NCBI GenBank assembly: GCA_964016885.1
Contig: OZ024747.1
Coordinates: 67,952,001-68,016,000, forward strand
Direction: 5' to 3'
DNA length: 64,000 nucleotides
Source of the DNA: Eledone cirrhosa
Lineage: Eukaryota
Shown here one piece after another: positions 54,024-64,000 of this stretch. Every line of letters begins with the position of its first letter. Positions within the stretch are counted from its first letter, which is position 1. The notes beneath the pieces were generated by a model. It saw only the letters and a list, made by a program, of their open reading frames with translations. It did no database searches and had not been told where the DNA came from. A program made the position numbers and the translations under genes.

Positions 54024-54206
54024 CATACACACTCACACACACATATATACACACACATATATACATTAATAACAATAATAATAATAATAATAACAATAAC
54101 AACAATAATAATGACGACAACAACAACAATAATAATATACATATACATATATATATACACACACATGCACACACATAAACATATCTATACACACACACGA
54201 TAGCAA

Positions 54207-54480
54207 CTAACAGCGCTGCGATCGAATGTGGCTTTTTAGCCCAGCCAATGATCTAAAATGTCTTGCACAGAGTCGGCAACCAAAACATTTACTGGGAATA
54301 GTCGGCTGTGGTTGGAGTTCGTGTACTTTTGCATGTCGCTTGAGCCCTCCTGCTGATTTACATTCTCTACCACATGTTTGGCAAGCATGATGAGTAGCAT
54401 CTCCAACAGCAGCCTGGTAGTCAACCACTGGTCTTACTTTATGACTGCGAAGATGACTTTCGAGTCCAGCTATGCACACA
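54207..54480 (-). pseudogene. Fragment with 2-3 C2H2-like zinc fingers, probably an RTE LINE C-terminus
   Basis: AGLESHLRSH; CQTCGRECKSAGGLKRHAKVH; CRLCARHFRSLAGLKSHIRS; no TGEKP linkers. Confidence 0.55.
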
Positions 54481-54978
54481 TTCCACAACATAACACGTTA
54501 GGTCAGGCTACACAAATTGAAGGATGTGATGATGTCATAGTAAGCATCTTTAATAAAACAGTGGCGACATCAAGCGGCTTCTGTGATTTCTAGATTGCAA
54601 ACGTTAACAAAAAAACCGTATAAATGAATATTTTTTTTTTTTTTATCTTCGTCTGAGAGATTTCCGGGCTGAAATATAAGATGATGCTTTCAACATCTAC
54701 TATAGAAACTTTTAGTACACGTTGTTCCAGATCTGCAAACTGCAAGACTCGACACGATTGCTTAACGAGCTAGAATTAATAGCCAAATCACCTAAGCGTA
54801 TACATCACATTCATATTCACATATACACGGACTCACATCTCATGCACCCATGCATATACAAAAGGACAAAAATAGATACATACACATATACATAGATATG
54901 CGTATGCATATAAACAAACACAAGCAAACACAGACACATATACATTCACACAGAAACGCACGCACACACAAGCACACA

Positions 54979-55101
54979 CGTCGAAACGGCTTGAGCTCTG
55001 CCGTCGGGGTTAAACATTTCCCTATTACCCACTCTACTACCCTAAATATTGAGTACTCTGGTGCGTTATGGTCCATCTGGTTCCTTACCACACTTCCTTC
55101 G

Positions 55102-55103
<2 letters not shown>
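54979..55103 (+). mobile_element. PLE pLTR mini-insertion
   Basis: Homologous to 2878-3002; ends ttcgt|TA. Confidence 0.9.
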
Positions 55104-55160
<57 letters not shown>

Positions 55161-55303
55161 GGTTTGAGGTTCACCACTGTATAGAGCTGGTCTATTCCGT
55201 ATGGTCAATCGTAATGCAATAATATAACCCGGTCATTGAAATGATCATAGTATAATAAACCTTTCAAGGATTTACACAAATCCAGCCTCCTGTCATTTCA
55301 TTA

Positions 55304-55545
<242 letters not shown>

Positions 55546-55927
55546 AATTAGTATATCTACTAACATATATATACAGATGCATACCTATGCCAGCAAATCT
55601 ATAGGTTTTGTCTTAGTAACTTTGTCGTTCAATGCATGGGGATGCAGAACAATAATATGAATTTGCCACCGACGCAGTAGGCAATGATTTTTTCAATGTC
55701 TTGGAACTTAGTCCACGCTTTGCTTTTTTCCATCCACTGAATTATTTTTGTATAAGTTCCCTGTGTCCACGCATCACCTGGAAACTTAGCTGAGAATAGA
55801 CTTCCCTGATGGCGAAAGGCTTCTCCGTACGTTTCTTCGGAAACTATGTTTATTCCCTTTCAGAAACTAATTAGTTGGAGTGAAATTTTAGTAAGTAAGT
55901 TAATTTTTATAATTTTCTTATTTTACG

Positions 55928-55973
<46 letters not shown>

Positions 55974-56549
55974 TTAATTATACTATTTATGGTTATGTAA
56001 ATACAAAAACCTTTTGCAGTTATATATATTTTTTTATACAAACCTTAAATAGTGGTAGGCAGTAATATATTACTACCTTATTACCAGTAAGTTAAGTAGC
56101 TCAATGTAAAAACATCAGATGATTTACAGAGCAGTTATATGAAGTATAAGAATCAAAGAACTGTTCAAAACATTTTTGTGTTTACAACTGTTTCCTCCAA
56201 ACCGAGGTTTAGATTCTTCGGAGTAATTTATTAATGAATGAACACTTATATGACCTCCTTTTCACCCAAGAGACATACAGATACATATGCAAATATTGTG
56301 GGTCAACATTCATTACAGCATTTAGAGTGGCAGTACACACTTAGAGATTACATTCATATTAAAAGATACAATCAAAAATACAGGTTAAAATACAACATGA
56401 AAATAAGCGGTTATATAGTGCAAAGGTTATATGTGTTGCAAGCACGTGCGTCTTGTTTATATAGTGTGGCAGAGAGTTACGTGTAGTAGAAGCACTTAGG
56501 TAGGTAAACAAGAGTGTTAGGTTGGTTGATCTGGTGGCAAATTCTTTAC

Positions 56550-57350
56550 CATCACTACCACCACCACTACATCACAACCACCACTACATCACAACCACCA
56601 CTATATCACAACCACCACCACTACATCACAACCACCACAACGACATCACAACCACCACTACATCACAACTACCACCACTACATCACAACCACCACAACAT
56701 CACAACCGCCACCACTACATCACAACCACCACTACATCACAACTACCACCACTACATCACAACCACCACTATATCACAACCACCACCACTACATCACAAC
56801 CACCACTACATCACAACTACCACCATTACATCACAACCACCATTACATCACAACCGTTACCACTACATCACAACCACCACAACGACATCACAACCACCAC
56901 TACATCACAACTACCACCACTACATCACAACCACCACCACTACATCACAACCACCACCACTACATCACAACCACCACCACTACATTACAACTACCACTAC
57001 ATCACAACCACAACAACGACATCAAAACCACCACTACATCACAACCACCACCATTACATCACAACCACCACTATATCACAACCACCACCACTACATCAGA
57101 ACCACCACAACGACATCACAACCACCACCACTACATCACAACTACCACTACATCACAACCACCACTATATCACAACCACCACTACTACATCACAACCACC
57201 ACAACATCACAACCGCTACCATTACATCACAACCGCTACCACTACATCACAACCACCACCACTACATCACAACCACCACAGCGACATCACAACCGCCACC
57301 ACTACATCCCAACCACCAACCCATTCACCACTACAACCACCACCACCACT
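56550..57350. repeat. 18/21-bp minisatellite (cacaaccaccactacat)
   Basis: Visible repeated unit; the His/Thr/Pro ORFs are artefacts. Confidence 0.92.
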
Positions 57351-57798
57351 TCATAAGAACCACTACAAGCACCACCAGAACCTCTGCAACCACCAACACT
57401 ATCATTACTACTACCACCACCACTACATTGCAGCCACCAACCCTATCACCACCACCGCGACTATAACAGGTCCAAAACTTGATATTGCAGCAAACTTGCA
57501 CTGTCTACGGTGGTGCCATCTGGTGCAGTCTAAACCTAGAATATCGACCCAGATATTGTTCTACCATAAACAAAAAATGCTATTTGTGTATGTTCACGTG
57601 CACGTGTGTGTACACGTACACAATATATACATATATCTACACACACATTCATGCACACACCCACCCCACACACACACGCGCGCGCGCGCGCTCATAGATA
57701 TTTTTATATGAATATAGAAATACATATATGAGTGTGTATACGTGTATACATGTATACATGTGTGTGTGTAAATATATACGTATGTATGTTATGTATAC

Positions 57799-57885
<87 letters not shown>

Positions 57886-57892
<7 letters not shown>

Positions 57893-58225
57893 GTGAGTTT
57901 TTTTTTACAAAAAGAAAAATAACCGAGGTGTTCTACACGAGTGAAAGTATAAAGAAAAAAGATAAAATCGAAAATGCAACTGGAGTCTTATTTTTTTTTA
58001 AATATATATATATATTTGGTTCCCTCCACAGACCCTCCATCTCAACTGTACTTTTGAAAAGCAGAAGAACTGCGAAACCGGTAAAGGAACCAAATAAATA
58101 TATATATATTTTTTTTTAAATAAGACTCCAGTTGCATTTTCGATTTCATCTTTTTTTCTTTATACTTTCACTCGTGTAGGACACCTCGGTTATTTTTCTT
58201 TTTGTAAAAAAAACCTCACTTTCTA

Positions 58226-58226
<1 letters not shown>
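57886..58226. repeat. Long inverted repeat in (TA)n with a hammerhead in the spacer
   Basis: 57886-58024 pairs with 58086-58226. Confidence 0.92.
58051..58086 (+). ncRNA. Minimal type I hammerhead, U3-A8 variant (third family)
   Basis: CTT TTGAAAA GCAG-AAGAA-CTGC GAAA CCGG TA AAG; palindromic stem III ACCGGT; GUA site. Confidence 0.72.
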
Positions 58227-58278
<52 letters not shown>

Positions 58279-58282
58279 ATGT

Positions 58283-58368
<86 letters not shown>

Positions 58369-58383
58369 GTATACATAACATAC

Positions 58384-58451
<68 letters not shown>

Positions 58452-58456
<5 letters not shown>

Positions 58457-58845
58457 AATACAAGGACTATTGGTTAAGCCTTCATTACGTTTATTGGTTG
58501 GTGACGCGCGTTTCGCTATTGATCAGCTCAAGGTTCGATCTGTATCGATCCGGCCCGACTCTGGAATCAAAAGCTCGTCGGACCTCTGTTGTAGTAATGA
58601 CAACAGAAGTCCAACGAGCTTTTGATTCCAGAGTCGGGCCGGATCGATACAGATCGAACCTTGAGCTGATCAATAGCGAAACGCGCGTCACCAACCAATA
58701 AACGTAATGAAGGCTTAACCAATAGTCCTTGTATTATTATATTACACTCTGTCTAGCTCTACACCTCGATACTGACGTGAACCTAAACATCAAGTGCTCA
58801 CTTGGGTGAACCTACAGTGACTCCATGTTACACTCCCTGGATTTA
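58452..58845 (+). mobile_element. Near-perfect ~290-bp palindrome plus forward tail; carries an HHR 3' half
   Basis: Arms 58452-58592 and 58600-58740; gcGAAACGCGCGTC in each arm; embedded in (TAA)/(TA). Confidence 0.8.
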
Positions 58846-58988
58846 TATATATGAGAAAGTTGTAGTTTGTTTGAAGCATTGTGTATGGAATAGAAAAATA
58901 TGAAGTTTGAAGGCCACGACAATGCGAAATGGGCAACAAGAAAATAAGACGAAACAAGATGTTGTGTGTTACCTTATTTGTTTATCTG

Positions 58989-59025
58989 TCCTGATATTTC
59001 GAGATAAAATCTCTTCTTCAGAGGA
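58989..59025 (-). ncRNA. Minimal type I hammerhead ribozyme
   Basis: TCCT CTGAAGA A GAGAT-TTT-ATCTC GAAA TA TC AGGA; same family as 22992-23028; AUC site. Confidence 0.8.
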
Positions 59026-59248
59026 ATATAACAAAGCATTAGTCCGGAATCGGTAAACGTGCTAACTCATGCTGCCAGAACTGACGGACATACGTCAGGG
59101 AGAAGAGGAAGGGGCATAGATCTCTATCCCTCTTTTATTCTTTATTTATTTTATAGGTCTTGTAGGAGAAAGGTCAAGAAGGCCACAGAGTTCTTTCTCT
59201 TTATATCTATATATCTATATATACTTACACACACACATATATATATAT

Positions 59249-59345
<97 letters not shown>

Positions 59346-59524
59346 TGGATGAATACCTCAACAGGTACTATGTACTTGTAGAAATATGCAAGTTGTTTAT
59401 AATATTTGTGGTTCAATGGTACTAATTCGAGATACCAGAACAATATAAAAAGAGCGGAGCAAGCGGTTATCAAACAATTATCTAAATAAATTAAAAAACG
59501 ATTCAAATAATCACCTGTTCTGTT

Positions 59525-59605
59525 GCTGTTACCGACGGTTTCAGCATTCCAAAAGATTGGAAATCCAGAGAATTTCCAATGGAAAGAAATGAATCTTCAG
59601 ACAGC
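59525..59605 (-). ncRNA. Type I hammerhead ribozyme with extended stem II
   Basis: GCTGT CTGAAGA ttCATTTC..ATTGGAAAT/ATTTCCAAT..GGAATGct GAAA CCG-T-CGG TA ACAGC. Confidence 0.72.
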
Positions 59606-59663
59606 CTATTTCCACACTATAAGGTTGCAAGCCTTACAGTAAGTAAATATTTCGCTTCCTGCC

Positions 59664-59815
59664 CACCAGTGTATTACTGGTACTTTATTTTATCGACCCC
59701 GTAAGTATGAAAGGCAAAGTTAACCTCGACGGGATTTGAACTCAGAATGGCAAGGGCCGTAACTCTATGCGTCAAAGCATGGCGTCCGACCCTCTACCGA
59801 TACTGCCAATTCACC
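59664..59815 (-). mobile_element. tRNA-derived SINE (family 1)
   Basis: Reverse-complement match to 8103-8283. Confidence 0.85.
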
Positions 59816-59954
59816 GAGTAATAATAATAATAAATGTGAAGACTAAAATCCGAAGAGGGCTCGATAAGGATATATATATATATATATATATAATCTGTTC
59901 TTATAATAAATATTTGGTCTACATATATATATATAGATATTTGGTCTATATATA

Positions 59955-60033
<79 letters not shown>

Positions 60034-60061
60034 CTGTTCTTATAATAAATATTTGGTCTAC

Positions 60062-60133
<72 letters not shown>

Positions 60134-60275
60134 GAGTTAAACAAGATTCAATGAGTACATCAAAGAATAAGTTTTACAGTAGATTGGAAGCACTCTACAG
60201 AAAAATAATTTTCCAGAGTTATTAATATTAAAATACAAATATTAATAAAATAGATGTTCTTTTGATCAATTAAAT

Positions 60276-60316
60276 TTTATTATACATATTTCAGAGGTAC
60301 GTCCTCATCAGACAAA
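60276..60316 (-). ncRNA. Type I hammerhead ribozyme (weak stem II)
   Basis: TTTGT CTGATGA GGA-CGTACC-TCT GAAA TATGTA TA ATAAA. Confidence 0.6.
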
Positions 60317-60794
60317 GTATAATGATACATAACATACCCTGAGATGTTAACTTTTTGCAACTATATGTATAGTGTACAATAACTTAATCATAATTACCGT
60401 TTCGGTTTAACGCTATATATAGTTTGTGCAGATATAGATATATTGTACAATAACACATTTATTATTTAGAGTTCTTTCCCCATGAAGGTAGAACTAATAT
60501 AGTGATTTAATATAATATAATAAATATTAATTTATTATGATAATTGCACACACATATATATGTATATATATATAGCTGAAAACTATGCGTTAATCATTAC
60601 ACTTTAAACACTGTATCTACTTGACAATACATTTTTCCGATATTTCTAACAATAAGTACTTTACATACCGAAAATGTTGACACTCTTACAGGTAATTTTT
60701 GTTAAAGATTACATTATAAGTGAATATTCAACAGTGTAAATTTTCCTTTTGCGGGCCAAGTAAGTCCTTTAACTTTGTTTTCATTAAATTCAGA

Positions 60795-63038
60795 ATTTTA
60801 GAAATGGATGTATCTCTTAATCTTGACACTGGCTTATATTACCCTTACCATAAAAACAATGAGAACCTAAATTATGTTAATTTTAAATCTAACCACCCCA
60901 CTAATATTAAGAATGCTATAGTTAGTAATATTGGAAAAAGAATATCTAACCTATCTTCTAATAAAAACATCTTTGATGCTAACGCCAATTACTATAATAA
61001 CGCGCTTTCTAAAGCCGGCTATCCTGATAAAATCAAATATAGTAAAGAAACAAATTCTAGAAGATCTTACAGTAGAATAATTAATCATGATCATTCCAAT
61101 AACTTTAATAAAAGACCTAGATACAAAAACATAATCTAGTATAATGCTCCTTTCTCCATCTCTATTAATAATAATATTCCTAAATTATTCTTTAGTGCCT
61201 TAAATAAATGCTTCCCTCCCTCACATATCTATAGTAAAATATTTAACAAACACACTATAAAATGTTCCTATTCGACCTCCTCCAACATTTCCAACATTAT
61301 CTCTAAACACAACAATAAAATACTAAATACTAAATCTCTTCCTTCCAACACTGAATATCATAATAATAGTAATAGTACTCCCGAGGTCATTGTAAACTCT
61401 AGGCTAATTTCTGCAAACCCAAATACAACGTCAAACACAACTTCGCTAAATGTTCTTAATCCCATTCTAAATCAAGAAACTATTATTCCTATCGTAAATA
61501 ACTTCTCCAATCCAATTCCTTCTATAAATAACACTAGGTCACTCGTTAATAACTCTGCTATTCTCTCTAATCGCAATTGCAATTGCCCTGTTAAAAATAA
61601 ATGTCCTCTCAACAACCATTGTGTTGAAAAAAACTTAATCTACGAATGTAAAGTTATAACTGACACCAATTCCTTCACCTATTTTGGCTCCACTTCCACC
61701 TCCTTTAAAGCTCGTCTTTATAATCATCATTCGTCTTTTAAATACCAACTTAAAAGAACCAACACGGCACTCTCAGAACTCATATGGTCCTTGAAAGACA
61801 AAAATATTAAATATAACATCTCTTGGAAAAAGGTTTCTTCTGCTTCTCCATACTTGAACAGTTCTCTATCCAAGACTTGCAATCTCTGTTTAAATGAAAA
61901 ATTTACCATTATATCTAACTTAGATTCTATAATAAATAGACGCACTGACTTGTTTTCTCTCTGCTTGCATAAATTCCACAGAACATTCCATAAAGTATAC
62001 AGCTAATATCTAATACTTTATCAATTTAAAATCCTTTTCTCAAAGGCATATATATATATATATATATATACTTCTTTAAAACTATACCCATCTTTCTACC
62101 TTATTTCAAAGTTATTTATTATACATTATATAATACTAGTTACTCATTCTATATCACTCCCATTTATCACTTCCCTTTCTTCCTTTTCCTTTTCTTTTCT
62201 TTTTCTTTTAATTTCTAACCCCTAATCTGTATATTTTCTCATTGTGCCTAACATAGAAACAATTATTACACAGTACAATATATTCTTACTTTATATCACC
62301 TTGAAAAAACCCTTCGTAAACATAAACATTTTTTTTTTTTGACGTTAGATTATTCATCCTCAATTCATTATTTTTTTCTCCCTTTTCATGCTCATCTAAC
62401 TTATTCATCCTATCTTCTACTTCTTTCACAATATATCCTTACTTACATTACTATTGCCTTTTTTTAATAATACATATCAACATTTTCTTTCCATCGCACA
62501 TATTATTAAACCCTTAAATATTATTCTTAATACATATTAACAATTTCTTTTCATTGCATATATTATTAAATCCTTCAATATACAAATCTTAACTTAACAT
62601 CATTTTTCTCTTCGTTAATTTTCAAATTCTTTTAATTTATATATTATCTTCCAACGGTTTTTCAACCTCTCTATGTAAAACAATATATTTTTCTCAGTTA
62701 TAAAAGCTATCTCTCTCTCTCTCTCTATCATCCATCTCTCCTCCTATCTCATCCTTCCTCATTATACTCCTCCCCCTCCACTTTTTACTCTCATCTCCTC
62801 TTTTTTACCCCCCCCCCCCCCCGTCAAAAAGTTTTTTCCCAATATCACACATCAATCTAAAACTACTTTTCATATGTTGATTTAAAACTGCACTATCCAC
62901 TCCACAAGTGTTTTTTAACCTTCATATCATGTCTTCCTATTTTATCTGATGAAAACACAAATGTTATTGCATGATGATATTTGTTTTTGAAATGCGCATA
63001 ATAAAATACATTGAACTCTTTTAACCATCTTTTGATCT

Positions 63039-63045
<7 letters not shown>
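60795..63045 (+). mobile_element. 5'-truncated AT-rich PLE (same lineage as 3095-5248) with 3'UTR and HHR, ending in (TA)n
   Basis: DVSLNLDTGLYYPYHKNN...SNHP...KNII*YNAPFS...CNCPVKNKCPL...LIYECKV...YFGST...CNLCLNEK; premature TAG 61137-61139; stop 62006. Confidence 0.9.
62940..63006 (+). ncRNA. Type I hammerhead ribozyme at PLE 3' end
   Basis: TTTTAT CTGATGA AAACACAAATGTTATT...GATGATATTTGTTTTT GAAA TGCGCA TA ATAAAA. Confidence 0.8.
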
Positions 63046-63076
<31 letters not shown>

Positions 63077-63779
63077 ATACTTGGGGAGGGTCATATTTGT
63101 GTAATATTGCCAGAATTAATAACAGAACACACTCACTGTTTGGTTGGTTTTCGCTACTGTGTCTTTTATATCGGTTAATTTAATTTATTCGGTCCTCAAT
63201 GTTGCCATTGACTGACCAACGATCAAAAATACAGATACAGTATAGACACAAACACATATATATATAGTTTATCAAAGTTCTTTCGTTGCACATCTGCAAC
63301 ATCGTCAGTGGTGCTATTGTTTCCTCCCGTTGCATTGTATTTTTTACGCCATCTTTATTTAGTCTGTTTATATATTTATTTATTTGTTTATTTTTTGTCT
63401 TCTTTGCGCATGCGTTTGCGTGTGTGTATAGTGTTTTGTTTGATGTGTTCGTGATTGGGTGGCTGTGTATTGGTTAATGTATTCTATCTTTACTAGTGTG
63501 TGTTTATATGTGTTTGTTGTTATTGTGCTTGTGTATGTATTTATTTATCTATTTATTTATTTATCTATACTTCTCTTAGGTCAGTGTTGTTTGTTTGGGT
63601 GTTGTTATTCCATTCATTTTTTCTGTTCAGCCTTGGCCTTCTAAGTTCTATTTCACTGGCCTCTCTGATTTGCCTATCTGCTGGGTCATTTCTATGTTTA
63701 GATATTATTCTAATTTCTATGTTGTCTATGTTACCGTCGTGTTGTTGTCTGGCATGTTCGTACAGTGAAATAGAACTTA

Positions 63780-64000
63780 GTATATATATTATATGTATAT
63801 ATATATATTATATGTATATATATTATACATATATTATATATATGTATATATATATATGTATATATATTATATATATATTATATATATGTATATATATATT
63901 ATATATATGTATATATATATTATATATATGTATATATATATTATATATATGTATATATATATTATATATATGTATATATATATTATATATATGTATATAT
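63780..64000. repeat. AT-rich micro/minisatellite (atatatattatatatgt-like)
   Basis: Visible in sequence. Confidence 0.95.

Noticed and set aside
56514-57466. His/Thr/Pro-rich mucin-like ORFs
   Set aside because: An 18/21-bp minisatellite open in two frames; no unique coding context.
58491-58701. Mirror-image 67-aa ORFs on both strands
   Set aside because: A consequence of the palindrome.

Overview
This is eukaryotic, AT-rich, microsatellite-saturated DNA with no recognisable host gene. It looks like intergenic or intronic cephalopod (octopus-like) sequence; that is an inference from the SINE families and the (TA)n/(CA)n/(CATA)n load. The window is dominated by retroelements. (1) A young, partially tandem Penelope-like element (PLE; intact RT + GIY-YIG ORF) at 753-6453, with inverted, rearranged segments at 1-753. 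(2) Three further PLE fragments. (3) A near full-length but disrupted Tx1/L1-type LINE, plus RTE, R4/Dong and CRE-like relics. (4) tRNA-derived SINEs and MITEs. Folding by eye finds about 16-18 type I hammerhead ribozyme (HHR) motifs, mostly in short inserts inside (TA)n arrays. Three unrelated families replace the conserved C3-G8 core pair with U3-A8 (core UUGANAA). A 224-bp tandem unit with one HHR per unit (retrozyme-like) appears to have arisen from the young PLE. Fold-back mini-insertions repeatedly end at the same two positions downstream of the predicted cleavage site, suggesting internal priming on a circular or read-through RNA. Most ORFs in the supplied track are microsatellite artefacts. 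All structures and clade calls were made by eye, without searches.
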